Assembly: GCA_026625185.1 (NCBI GenBank)
Contig: CP113000.1
Span: 1,965,622 to 1,997,621 of the forward strand
Length of the DNA: 32,000 bases
Reading direction: 5' to 3'
Origin: Thermodesulfobacteriota bacterium
Lineage (GTDB): Bacteria > Desulfobacterota > WTBG01 > JAGOGO01
A program made the position numbers and the translations under genes. Below are positions 1-8,840 of this stretch, one piece after another. The stretch's first letter is position 1. Each line of letters opens with the position of its first letter. The notes beneath the pieces were generated by a model. It searched no databases, was not told where the DNA came from, and saw nothing but the letters and a program-made list of their open reading frames with translations.

Positions 1-968
1 TTCGAAAAATCATAATAATTGTACGAATATCTCAAGGTTAGCGGGGGCCAGAGACGGGTGACGCCGGAAATATTCGCGTTCACAGTCGAGTCGTCGAGAC
101 CCGGATCGCCGATCGTAACACCATTTCTATCGATGACGAGGTCGTTCTCGGACAGCCAGCCGTAGGAAAACGAACCGGTGAGCCTGGTCTTGTAGGCAAG
201 CAGGTTCAGGGACCCCTCCCCGGTTACGTAGTTGGCTTTATTGCTGGGGGGCAGGGCTACAAAGGAATTCGTCGTATTCTGGCGGCCCAGAACAAGGTCA
301 TTCTCATTGTCAAAGTTCGAAAAATGATAAGACACACGACCCTGAAACACCACCGGCTGATCATATTCCACGCCGACTTTCAGGTCGTTTTGCTTATCAT
401 CAATCGGTCTGATATAGGTGAAAAAATTAAGGGGATTGCCAGGGCCTGTAATATAGGTCCCGGGTTGCGAGCCGGTTCTCTTCAGGAAATCGTTCTCGGC
501 GAAAAGGGTGATGTTAAGGGTCGGATTGTAGTAGCCGCTGAACCGCAGTCTCTGCACCAGGGTCCTGATACTGGTATCAAAGGGATTCACCGTGCTGTAA
601 AGGTGTTGCAGCGAGTCATATTCAATCTCGGAATGGTAGACCCCAAGTTTGCCCGCCTGGAGCAAGAAATCCTGATCCCTTAATCCCGGATGGCTCATCC
701 AGAATCTATAATACTCAAGGCCGTCCTTGCTCTTCAGCGATAAATCCGTTTCCGCGAGAAACCCTTCGGGGAAGGGAATATACTTTTCCAAAAATCCCGC
801 GTTTCTGTGAAGGGGGGGATCGGCGAGAAATCCTCCGCCCAAGGAGATATAGCCGCCCAACGTGTAATTACCCGCATCCATTTCAGCAATTCCGCCCCTA
901 CAGGTCAGAGTGATAAACATGACTGCAAGAAAAAAGACCAGAAATTCTCTCTTAATCTTCACCTTCAT
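1..968 (-). CDS. MtrB/PioB-family outer-membrane beta-barrel, the porin partner of the decaheme cytochrome. N-terminal ~322 codons only; the 3' end runs off the left edge.
   Basis: Absent from the ORF track because it is edge-truncated. I checked every minus-strand codon in the frame of the ATG at 968..966 down to position 3 and found no stop. The product starts MKVKIKREFLVFFLAVMFITLTC (signal-like). It continues with Gly/Tyr/Asp/Asn-rich alternating segments typical of beta-barrels (GKLGVYHSEIEYDSLQHLYS, RLTGSFSYGWLSEND, LRYSYNYYDFS). A poly-G Shine-Dalgarno (GAGGGGGGG) precedes the start, which lies 11 nt after the decaheme gene stop, as in mtrAB/pioAB/mtoAB pairs. Confidence 0.7.
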   Translation of the reverse strand, partial: MKVKIKREFLVFFLAVMFITLTCRGGIAEMDAGNYTLGGYISLGGGFLADPPLHRNAGFLEKYIPFPEGFLAETDLSLKSKDGLEYYRFWMSHPGLRDQDFLLQAGKLGVYHSEIEYDSLQHLYSTVNPFDTSIRTLVQRLRFSGYYNPTLNITLFAENDFLKRTGSQPGTYITGPGNPLNFFTYIRPIDDKQNDLKVGVEYDQPVVFQGRVSYHFSNFDNENDLVLGRQNTTNSFVALPPSNKANYVTGEGSLNLLAYKTRLTGSFSYGWLSENDLVIDRNGVTIGDPGLDDSTVNANISGVTRLWPPLTLRYSYNYYDFS

Positions 969-979
969 CACCCCCCCTC

Positions 980-1930
980 TTATCTAGAGAATAAATTGCC
1001 GTTTACATTGTTGCTGCCGTGGATGCTCCGGTGACAGTTGATGCACCCGCCGCCGGCCATCATATTTACCCTTGTCTGTGGCTGCCCTCCGACCGTGAAA
1101 TTGACGTTGTGGTAGGTAATGTGGCACTCCCGGCACAACCTGATGGGCGGGGATTTCAGCAGGCTGGGATAGGCGCTGCCGTGGGGCTTATGGCAATTGA
1201 AGCAATCCTCTATGACGGGAGGGTGCTGAAAAACGAACGGACCTCGGTACTGGGCGTGGCAATTAAAGCAGAGTTCTTTATTGGAAAGCCCCTTTACCAG
1301 CTTGGCCGAAGTAGTCCCGTGCGGGTTGTGGCAACTCGCGCAGTCCATTTTTCCTTCGCGCAGGGGATGATGCGAAAACTGCAGCTCCGCGCGGACTTGC
1401 TCTTTATGACAGGTAAGGCACGTATCCCCTACGGTTATATTGGCGAGTTGAGCACGGACCGTTATTCCCGGTCCCGTATGGACTGCGTGGCATGAGGTGC
1501 AGGCGAGGCCTTCGGTTTCATGAGCACTGCCCGCCCAGAAAAGCCTCTCCCTCTTTTGATGGCAGTTGAGACAGACATCGTTGCGCACGGAAATAGGCGT
1601 GGGCGACTCCTTCGTAAATCGCACCATACCCTCGAAGGTTTTGCCTCCGGAGTCCACATGGTCTGTTCCCGGTCCATGACACGTTTCACACCCAAGTTTT
1701 TCATCAGCGGTAGGGGGGTGCTTCAGAAACAGGGTGCCCATAGTCGTCTTGGTGAGCTGCTCGTACACCTGAAAGTGACAGGTTTGGCAGCTTTCCACGC
1801 CCGTATACCCTTCCTTGGCCCTTTCGGCCTTTTCGTCCTCCCCTTTTGCCGGCCCTTTGGAAAAACAGAGAAGGAAAATCACTCCGAGATAGACAAGAGT
1901 CAGTGCGGGTATAAGAATTCTGCGCATCAC
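980..1930 (-). CDS. Periplasmic decaheme c-type cytochrome, MtrA/DmsE/PioA/MtoA family
   Basis: 316 aa with an N-terminal signal/TM segment (ILIPALTLVYLGVIFLLCF). I counted ten CXXCH motifs: CQTCH, CETCH, CLNCH, CTSCH, CLTCH, CASCH, CFNCH, CFNCH, CRECH, CINCH. The size and haem count match MtrA-type proteins. The gene sits directly upstream of the barrel gene. Confidence 0.9.
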   Translation of the reverse strand: MMRRILIPALTLVYLGVIFLLCFSKGPAKGEDEKAERAKEGYTGVESCQTCHFQVYEQLTKTTMGTLFLKHPPTADEKLGCETCHGPGTDHVDSGGKTFEGMVRFTKESPTPISVRNDVCLNCHQKRERLFWAGSAHETEGLACTSCHAVHTGPGITVRAQLANITVGDTCLTCHKEQVRAELQFSHHPLREGKMDCASCHNPHGTTSAKLVKGLSNKELCFNCHAQYRGPFVFQHPPVIEDCFNCHKPHGSAYPSLLKSPPIRLCRECHITYHNVNFTVGGQPQTRVNMMAGGGCINCHRSIHGSNNVNGNLFSR

Positions 1931-2229
1931 CTCCCCTTTTTTATTAAGGGTGTAACTTTAAAAAGGATTAAATAATAAAAGCCAAATTTTGGATATGGGG
2001 GAAACCATGTATTTTGGTGGTAAAAATTATGTATCTTAACTGGCAAGATTGGATTTCTCTTAGCAGTCGTGTTCACTTATCCATTATGTAATAGGCTGGA
2101 AAATAATTTACTTAAGGATAGTTAATGTGATTTTTGGTATGCTCAGATGGTAATTATAAGACTCTTCGAGCATTCCGCGACAACCCCGAGGGGAATTTGT
2201 TGAAGCGGGATTCCGGTACTTCTTGCATG

Positions 2230-2616
2230 CTATAAATTATCAATAACCTTCTTTAACTTTGCCCGGACCTGTTCTGCAACAGTTTTCAAATTGGGATTAT
2301 CTACTGCTGCCATAGAAGCAACCGGGTCAATGGCAGTGACTTCAACTTTCCCTGGGGCCGTTTCCTGAACCACCACGTTACAGGGAAGCATGGTACCGAT
2401 TTTATCTTCAGCTTGTAATGCCTGAAAAGCAAAAGGAGGATTACAGGCGCCAAGAATCCGGTAAGGGCGAAAGTCCACATCTAGTTTTTTCTTTAAGGTA
2501 GCCTTCACGTCTATCTCCGTGAGAATGCCAAACCCTTCTTTTTTGAGTTCTTCCATAACTTTGGTAATCGCGGCTTCAAAAGGACAATTTACTTCTTTGG
2601 TGAAATAGTAACTCAT
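2230..2616 (-). CDS. DUF302 domain protein
   Basis: 128 aa. The pattern FEAAITKVMEELKKEGFGILTEIDVKATLKKKL..FRPYRILGACNPPFAFQAL...LPCNVVVQE matches my memory of the DUF302 family consensus. Confidence 0.7.
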   Translation of the reverse strand: MSYYFTKEVNCPFEAAITKVMEELKKEGFGILTEIDVKATLKKKLDVDFRPYRILGACNPPFAFQALQAEDKIGTMLPCNVVVQETAPGKVEVTAIDPVASMAAVDNPNLKTVAEQVRAKLKKVIDNL

Positions 2617-2723
2617 CTCATTACACCTCCTTGGTTTGATAGTAATCGAACACGGAATAGTATTTGGTTTTATATTCTATTAAGTTTTAGATGTCATTTC
2701 AAGGCAAGCGGGAATTTAGTTAA

Positions 2724-2762
2724 TTTTTTCTCATTCCGCATCAAGTGCGGAATGAGAAAAAA
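2724..2762 (-). terminator. Intrinsic terminator hairpin downstream of copA
   Basis: Perfect 16-bp inverted repeat: TTTTTTCTCATTCCGC (2724-2739), a 7-nt loop, then GCGGAATGAGAAAAAA (2747-2762). The T/A runs are part of the arms, so it is symmetric and could act in both directions. It lies 48 nt past the copA stop. Confidence 0.7.
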
Positions 2763-2809
2763 TTCAAAGGATTTTAGGCCAATACAAAGGATTACGATAG
2801 TTAAATAGA

Positions 2810-5269
2810 TCATAATGAGATTCTGAATTTTCTTAATCGCAAGGCATTACTAACCACGGTAACTGAAGAAAGGGCCATGGCCGCCGCGGCAAACATCGGA
2901 CTTAAAAGAATTTTAAAAAAGGGGAAAAGTACTCCTGCAGCAACCGGAATCAAAATAGTGTTATACGCAAAAGCCCAGAAGAGGTTTTGTTTAATATTTC
3001 GAATGGTCGCTTTGCTTAACATAATAGCAGTTACCACTCCTTTTAGGTCACCGCTTATCAGGGTAATATCGGCTGACTCGATGGCTACATCGGTTCCGGT
3101 ACCAAGGGCAATGCCGATATCCGCCTGGGCTAAGGCTGGCGCATCATTAATGCCATCACCAACCATGCCCACGATTTTTCCCTCCGTCTGGAGCTTTTTT
3201 ATTTCATTGGCTTTGTCTTTGGGTAACACCTCTGCTAAAACCCGATCAATTTCGACTTCACGAGCGATTGCCTCTGCGGCCTTTCGGCCGTCCCCGGTTA
3301 TCATAATGACCTCAAAGCCCAGGTCGTGCAGAGCGGCAATAACTTTTTGGGATTCGGGCTTCACAATATCGGCAACCACGAGAATTCCGGCGATTTTACC
3401 CTGTACGACGATGAACATCAAGGTTTTTCCCTTGCCGGAGAGAAGATCGGCTTTTGTTTGCATATCCTTGAGCGCAATCCCTTTTGACTCCATAAAGTGA
3501 GCATTGCCGAGCATGACCTCTTTTCCCTGAATCTCGGCTGCAATCCCTTGACCTGGAAATGCTTGGAAATGTGCAGAATCATCTAGTGTCAGGTTTAGCG
3601 CTTTCGCTTTGTTGAGAATCGCTTCGGCCAGCGGATGTTCCGAGAACTTTTCCGCGGACGCGGCTAACCTAAGGATTTCTTTATTGTTAAATCCCTCAAC
3701 GGGAATAATATCAGTTACCGACGGCGCACCTTTGGTGATCGTACCTGTTTTATCGAAAACAATCGTGGTTAGCTTATGGGCTTTTTCCAACGCATCCCCG
3801 GTGCGAATGAGGATGCCCATCTCCGCTCCTTTGCCGGTTCCCACCATAATGGATGTAGGAGTGGCCAGGCCGAGCGCGCAGGGGCAGGCAATGATCATCA
3901 CGGCCACGAAATTGAGTAATGCATATGTCAAAGCTGGTTCTGGACCAAAGAAAAACCAGATAATAAAAGTTAGGAGCGCAATTCCCATAACCGTGGGGAC
4001 AAAGTAGCTCGCAATTAGGTCAGCAAGGCGGGCAATCGGAGGTTTTGATCCCTGGGCTTCTTCAACCAGCTTAATAATCTGGGCAAGCATGGTTTCTTTG
4101 CCTACCTTAGTAGCTTTAAATTTAAAGGTCCCGGTCTTGTTGATGGTAGCGCCGATAACTTCATCATTAAATTTTTTTTCCACGGGAATCGCTTCTCCGG
4201 TTATCATGGATTCATCCACCGAGGAATTGCCTTCCATAACGGTGCCATCCACCGGTATTTTTTCCCCCGGACGCACGATAACAATATCGCCAATCCGGAC
4301 ATCCTCTACCGAAGTTTCTAGTTCCTGTTCTTCCCGGATAATAATGGCGGTCTTTGGTTGAAGTCCCAGCAACCTCTTAATTGCTTCCGAGGTTTTGCCT
4401 TTCGCCCGGGCCTCCAAAAGACGTCCCAGGAGAATGATGACGATGATGGCTCCGGCAGTGTCAAAATAAACTTCGGGGGCAATACCTTGAGCCGCAAAGA
4501 GGCTGGGAAAGAAGGTGGCAAGAACACTGTATCCATAAGCGGCGCTGGTACCGACCGCAATCAGGGTGTTCATGTCAGTCGTTTTATGTTTGATAGTAGC
4601 CCATGCACCCTTATAAAATTGCCATCCTATCCAGAACTGGACTGGAGTTTGCAAAAGAAACTGAAGGATAAAATTGGTCTTTTTACTCAGATCCCATAAG
4701 GGGGAAAGGCCGAGATGATCCCAGGACATTAAAATAAAGAGGGGGATAATAAGGATGAGTCCGATGATAAATTTTTGTTTGAGGTTTTTTACTTCTTCTT
4801 CCCGGGCAAGTTTTTCTTTGTCAATGCCAAGACCTTCTTCGATGTGCGGAACCTTATAGCCGAGAGCTTCAACCTCCAGGGCTAAATCCCTGACCGTTAC
4901 TTTTCCCGGAGTAATGTCCACTTTCGCATTTTGTAAAGCAAGATTGACATGTGCCTGGATAACCCCCGGAATTTTGTTCAGGGCAGTTTCAACTCTTTTG
5001 ACACAGGATGCGCAGGACATTCCCTGAATCGGCAGGATGAGCTTTTTCCTTTTTACCTCAAAACCCAGGTCTTGGATGGCTTTGGTAAAATGATGCGGAA
5101 CAGTTTTATCAGGGTCGTACAGAATGGAAGCGGTTTCAGTGGCAAGATTTACCCGTGCTTCTTTTACTCCCTGCGTTTGGGTAAGGGCTTTTTCGATCCT
5201 GGCCACACAGCTGGCACAGTGCATTCCGGAGATGAAAAGGTCGAGTTTTTTAAAGGGCTCTTTTCCCAC
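2810..5269 (-). CDS. copA: Copper-translocating P1B-type ATPase with two N-terminal HMA domains
   Basis: 819 aa. Motifs seen: two GMxCxxC sites (GMHCASC, GMSCASC), TGE (ITGEAIP), the transmembrane CPC ([11 protein letters not shown]), the phosphorylation site DKTGT, and GDGINDAP. Confidence 0.95.
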   Translation of the reverse strand: MGKEPFKKLDLFISGMHCASCVARIEKALTQTQGVKEARVNLATETASILYDPDKTVPHHFTKAIQDLGFEVKRKKLILPIQGMSCASCVKRVETALNKIPGVIQAHVNLALQNAKVDITPGKVTVRDLALEVEALGYKVPHIEEGLGIDKEKLAREEEVKNLKQKFIIGLILIIPLFILMSWDHLGLSPLWDLSKKTNFILQFLLQTPVQFWIGWQFYKGAWATIKHKTTDMNTLIAVGTSAAYGYSVLATFFPSLFAAQGIAPEVYFDTAGAIIVIILLGRLLEARAKGKTSEAIKRLLGLQPKTAIIIREEQELETSVEDVRIGDIVIVRPGEKIPVDGTVMEGNSSVDESMITGEAIPVEKKFNDEVIGATINKTGTFKFKATKVGKETMLAQIIKLVEEAQGSKPPIARLADLIASYFVPTVMGIALLTFIIWFFFGPEPALTYALLNFVAVMIIACPCALGLATPTSIMVGTGKGAEMGILIRTGDALEKAHKLTTIVFDKTGTITKGAPSVTDIIPVEGFNNKEILRLAASAEKFSEHPLAEAILNKAKALNLTLDDSAHFQAFPGQGIAAEIQGKEVMLGNAHFMESKGIALKDMQTKADLLSGKGKTLMFIVVQGKIAGILVVADIVKPESQKVIAALHDLGFEVIMITGDGRKAAEAIAREVEIDRVLAEVLPKDKANEIKKLQTEGKIVGMVGDGINDAPALAQADIGIALGTGTDVAIESADITLISGDLKGVVTAIMLSKATIRNIKQNLFWAFAYNTILIPVAAGVLFPFFKILLSPMFAAAAMALSSVTVVSNALRLRKFRISL

Positions 5270-5325
5270 GGTTAGATGTTTCTCTCCGAAAAAAAATAAC
5301 GTTAGAAAATATGAGGTTTATTTAT

Positions 5326-5356
5326 AGTATACCAAAATTAGTTGGTGATTGCTCAA
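5326..5356 (-). promoter_or_regulatory. Candidate copA promoter with MerR/CueR-type architecture
   Basis: Read on the minus strand: -35 TTGAGC (5356-5351), a 19-nt spacer, then -10 TATACT (5331-5326) preceded by TGG (extended -10-like). The spacer contains the dyad ACCAA-N6-TTGGT (plus coordinates 5331-5346). The element sits about 57 nt upstream of the copA ATG. Confidence 0.45.
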
Positions 5357-5420
5357 GAAAGTAAAAAAAGGGTGGCATTACTCAAAAAAGGTTTTTCTGT
5401 GAAAAGAAACCGTAGGGGGA

Positions 5421-7445
5421 CTAAACAGTAACATTAAAGTGCTCCCTGCTTTCTTCGTCCCAGACCCGGCACGCTTCGATAAGCAACATTTCGGTACTGT
5501 CAAAAATTTTCTGATCCAACAGTTGAGCATCAGGGTCCAGGATAAAAAGACCATGTTCCCAGCGCACTAAAAGATTAAAGGCCGCAACTCCTTCGACCTG
5601 TTTGTATCGGGCATTGATAACCTGTCCCTGGTCGAAGAATACTTCACCATTTTCCTCCTCCTTAAAAAGTTTAAGGGCTCCGGTCTTCCCTCCCGCGGAG
5701 AGCATTTGAATAAGGTCGGTAACGTGGATTTCCGCCAAGTTACCGGTAATGCCTTTTTTAGTCGAAGCGGACTTGGCTTTTTCTTGAGCTTTTTGGAGAG
5801 TATGTTTGATAAAATTCTGAATCTTGGCAATGAGGATGCTTGTGTTATAGGGTTTGGTAATAAAATCATCAGCGCCAACATCAAAACCCTTGCTTACGGT
5901 AGCGGGGTCGTGTTTTTCTGACAAAAAAACGAAATTGATGTTCCGATATTTATCATTAGCCTTTATTAGATCGCAAATAGAGAATCCATCGAGAGGTTTT
6001 GTATTTACCTCTGAGATAATAAGACACACCGGACTACTATCAAGGATAGCGATAACTTTTTCCGTGTCCCTTAACGGATAAGGGAAAATACCATTTTTTT
6101 TTAACAAAACGGACAGGTGATCGAGTTCTTCAAGGTTAGTATCAATGATAATTGCGCGGGGTGAGGATTCATCAATAAAGAGGTCTAAGATAATTTCCTC
6201 CAATAGGTTGACGATTTCCGGATCAAAGTATTTTTCTTTTAAAGAAAGGATAATGTCAAAGGAGCTTTTGAAGTTTTCATACCCTTCAAAATTAAGGAGG
6301 TGGATTAAGGCATCGACGGTTGCAATGATTCGGGAACCGAGCGGGATATCCTCACCTTTAAGGCCATCCGGGTCCCCTTCGCCGTCGTATCGTTCAAGGG
6401 TGTGAAGAAGAATTTTGTGAACTTCCGGGGGGAGGCGAGCGCCCTCATAAAGGCGCTCCGAGGATTGGGAATACTTTTTTAAAAGGTCACGGTGGTGTTC
6501 AAAATTGAAATTAAAAAGCGTTAAATGCTCGGGCGCAGCCATACAACAATCATGTAAATACGCTGCCAGAACATTGTAATACGTTTCTATTGCTTTGAGT
6601 CCTAGGTTCTGGGAAATTTCTTTTACGAGCTTGGCGACACTCGCGGAATGGCCCCGATAGCTTTCCCCTTTATACATTTCCAAGACATTGATCACGATAT
6701 TAAGCACCTCAATGAAGGTGTCGTCACTCAAAACCGACAAGGGGGATATTTGGTCCGCAAGGCGTTTTTGGCTTTCTTCTTCCGTTTTAGCGGGAGTGAG
6801 AATTTGATCGTCTATTATTACTGTTTTTGACTTTCGCTTTAGAACTTGAGTGGGTTTCAGGACTGGATTATCTGACTCAGTAAAGTCAGAATCGAGCAGC
6901 ACCGCAGAGTCTTCTTTTGGAACAAAGCTGGCAATGCTCTGGGGACTTTCGGTTTTGATCACTGTTTTTAGATTTTCCAGCGAAGAAGAATCATTTCCGT
7001 AAAATTTTTTTATCCCCGCTTTAATGGTGGAGTCTAAGGCGATATAAAGTTCTATTTCATTATATCCGGAGATATGTTTGATTAACTTGGACAGTTGTTT
7101 GTTCTCTGGGTCAGCAATCGCGACAGAGACTGTTTTGGATTTATCATAGCAGAAGAAAGGAAACACATTGTGTTTTAATGCAAAATCAGAAGGGATGAGT
7201 TCTAATACCCATTGGGGGATAGTCATTTTTAAAAGCTTGTCAGAAGAAATATATCTGACCTTAAAAAGTCCTGCCAGACACTTAAGGAGATCTATCTCAT
7301 TTAAAAAACCCAATTCAACCAGGAGTTCACCTATTTTTATCTGGGAATCCCCTCCTTTTTGCTGGCTAAGGGCGGCATTTAATTGCTCTTGGGTTATGAA
7401 TCCCAGCTCAATGAGTATTTCGCCGATCTTTTTGTTGCCGGTCAT
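5421..7445 (-). CDS. Multidomain signalling protein: MshEN/T2SSE_N-like N-terminus, degenerate HD-GYP (GDP variant), receiver with Glu at the phospho-site, C-terminal DUF4388
   Basis: 674 aa.
- N-terminus: KIGEILIELGFITQEQLNAALSQQ followed by KIGELLVELGFLNEIDLLKCLAGL, a tandem of the MshEN type.
- HD-GYP-like region: GHSASVAKLV...YLHDCCM...HTLERYDGEGDPDGLKGEDIPLGSRIIATVDAL, with GYP replaced by GDP and HHE replaced by HTLE.
- Receiver-like region: AIIIDTN...CLIISEVNTKPLDGF...FVFLSEK...FITKPY, with Asp->Glu at the acceptor position.
- DUF4388-like region: GNLAEIHVTDLIQMLSAGGKTGALKLF...GQVINARY...GVAAFNLLVRWEHGLFILDP. Confidence 0.75.
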   Translation of the reverse strand: MTGNKKIGEILIELGFITQEQLNAALSQQKGGDSQIKIGELLVELGFLNEIDLLKCLAGLFKVRYISSDKLLKMTIPQWVLELIPSDFALKHNVFPFFCYDKSKTVSVAIADPENKQLSKLIKHISGYNEIELYIALDSTIKAGIKKFYGNDSSSLENLKTVIKTESPQSIASFVPKEDSAVLLDSDFTESDNPVLKPTQVLKRKSKTVIIDDQILTPAKTEEESQKRLADQISPLSVLSDDTFIEVLNIVINVLEMYKGESYRGHSASVAKLVKEISQNLGLKAIETYYNVLAAYLHDCCMAAPEHLTLFNFNFEHHRDLLKKYSQSSERLYEGARLPPEVHKILLHTLERYDGEGDPDGLKGEDIPLGSRIIATVDALIHLLNFEGYENFKSSFDIILSLKEKYFDPEIVNLLEEIILDLFIDESSPRAIIIDTNLEELDHLSVLLKKNGIFPYPLRDTEKVIAILDSSPVCLIISEVNTKPLDGFSICDLIKANDKYRNINFVFLSEKHDPATVSKGFDVGADDFITKPYNTSILIAKIQNFIKHTLQKAQEKAKSASTKKGITGNLAEIHVTDLIQMLSAGGKTGALKLFKEEENGEVFFDQGQVINARYKQVEGVAAFNLLVRWEHGLFILDPDAQLLDQKIFDSTEMLLIEACRVWDEESREHFNVTV

Positions 7446-7490
7446 ACTTTTGTAAACCCTTTTTGAGTATTTTATTTTGTGATTTTTTAA

Positions 7491-7519
7491 ATTATAAAAG
7501 GAATATGATTTGGTGTCAA
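7491..7519 (-). promoter_or_regulatory. Consensus sigma-70 promoter for the 5421-7445 gene
   Basis: Minus strand: TTGACA (7519-7514), a 17-nt spacer, then TATAAT (7496-7491). Both hexamers match the consensus perfectly. The element is 46-74 nt upstream of the ATG at 7445. Confidence 0.6.
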
Positions 7520-7752
7520 GGACATAACGGTTTCTAAACGGAGAGAAAAACTATTTTTTTAATCCATAAGCTTATAAAGGGAAAAAAGAATCCGCCTAAA
7601 CCCCGTTAGATATCAAATGGCTAACCGGACAAACGGGGCATTTCTGCCGGGATAAATTTCGAAAAGCCCAGAGAACAAATTCTTAAGAAGGTGCTCTCGG
7701 AAGGGGATAAAAGAAACCGCAGTAAAAAGAGCAGAAAGGTTAAAACAAAAAC

Positions 7753-8607
7753 TCATTTCTTGGATTGATCAGATGATCCTTCGCCCCAGGCTTTTTTACT
7801 TCGTTCGATCTTTTTGCGTACCGAATCCCAGGTTTTTGTGACTAAGAAGGATTCGCGCCATCGGGAGAGCATACGAAGGTACATCTCCCACGGAACAGTA
7901 AAAGTAAGCTCATCGGTTTTGACGTATCGTCGTTCGGTTGGGTCCCACCCCCCCAGCACTGCCTTTGACTTTCCTTGGGCGAGGAGGTGTAACGGCCACG
8001 TTAAAATACCGGCACAGCCTGGACCAAATGGGGACAAGACTGCTTCAAAGTCGTTGGTTGCAAAGGTGACAAGTTGATGGAGGCCGCAGATGCTTTCAGG
8101 CCGGGCGAAAAAAATAACTAATTCCGGCCTTTCAAAATCGGTAAAAAGGGAAAGCGGTTTAAACACACAAAAAAAAGCCGGCGCAGGTCGGGGATCAATG
8201 GTCTTAAAGAACATTTTGGTCACCTCCGGGGACTCAAGATAGCGTTCCCCCTCAAAACGGTTGGGAATACCTGTGGAGACGAACCGGGCGACAAAATCTA
8301 AAGGACGCCTTAAAAACCCCAAATAAAAGGCTCCGCCAAAACAGCCGAAATTTTCTCTGCTAAAATAGGCGCTGGTACCCTTTTTACGCGCTCTCCAGAT
8401 TAATCCCATTACACAAGAAAAACTTTCAAAGACTAAAACCCAATCAATTTTATTTCCTTTTTCATCTTCCAGAGTAGGTAGAATGCGGGATTTTGGTTTA
8501 AAGCCATCTTTTGGCTCCTGAGCGGTATAATACACGCCAAAAGGCTCTTCTGATATGCCGAGGGTTTCCAAGAAAGCTTTTGATTCGCTGAGACTATTTT
8601 CTGACAT
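7753..8607 (-). CDS. DUF169-family protein (function unknown)
   Basis: 284 aa. The layout resembles my memory of DUF169 (COG2043): ...FSCVMGLIWRARKKGTSAYFSRENFGCFGGAFYLGF... and ...PELVIFFARPESICGLHQLV...GPGCAG.... This is a by-eye family call only. Confidence 0.5.
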   Translation of the reverse strand: MSENSLSESKAFLETLGISEEPFGVYYTAQEPKDGFKPKSRILPTLEDEKGNKIDWVLVFESFSCVMGLIWRARKKGTSAYFSRENFGCFGGAFYLGFLRRPLDFVARFVSTGIPNRFEGERYLESPEVTKMFFKTIDPRPAPAFFCVFKPLSLFTDFERPELVIFFARPESICGLHQLVTFATNDFEAVLSPFGPGCAGILTWPLHLLAQGKSKAVLGGWDPTERRYVKTDELTFTVPWEMYLRMLSRWRESFLVTKTWDSVRKKIERSKKAWGEGSSDQSKK

Positions 8608-8762
8608 TATTTCAACTCGTTAAATTTTAAGTACCTTTTATTGCGCAATTTTTGCGCCCTATGAACAATTTACGCCATTTTATAGGCTCTTTTTTAGGAG
8701 CCAGAGATTAAGTTTTTTAAAAATGTATTTAATTTTAATATCTTACAAAAATATCGGCCCTT

Positions 8763-8778
8763 TGGCATTTAAATTGCT
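8763..8778 (+). promoter_or_regulatory. Sigma-54 (-24/-12) type promoter upstream of the che operon
   Basis: TGGCAT-ttaaa-TTGCT compared with the consensus TGGCAC-N5-TTGCW. GG and GC are separated by exactly 10 nt, with one mismatch (C->T). It lies about 130 nt upstream of the MCP start. No enhancer-binding protein gene is present in the window. Confidence 0.5.
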
Positions 8779-8788
8779 TTTCAGGGGA

Positions 8789-8840
8789 AAGGATTTTTTC
8801 CTTTTTAACAGGAATTTTCCCCAAAAGATAGGATTTTTTC
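8789..8840 (+). repeat. Three GGA-(A/T)5-6-CC units with 20-bp phasing in the presumed che leader
   Basis: The units are GGATTTTTTCC at 8791, GGAATTTTCC at 8811 and GGATTTTTTC at 8831. The first and third share AGGATTTTTTC. All lie between the sigma-54-like promoter and the MCP ribosome-binding site. Confidence 0.4.

Noticed and set aside
324-1975. Plus-strand ORFs 324-683, 807-1034, 1019-1495 and 1520-1975, and minus-strand ORF 1462-1704
   Set aside because: They overlap the MtrB-like and decaheme genes, either antisense or out of frame. Their products are low-complexity with no recognisable motifs. Long spurious ORFs are expected in this GC-rich segment.
2877-5327. Several plus-strand ORFs antisense to copA (2877-3500, 3609-4007, 4089-4361, 4358-4699, 4949-5275, 5124-5327) and minus-strand ORF 4318-4560
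   Set aside because: They lie entirely inside the well-supported copA reading frame. The translations are Ser/Pro/Ala/Ile-rich antisense artefacts.
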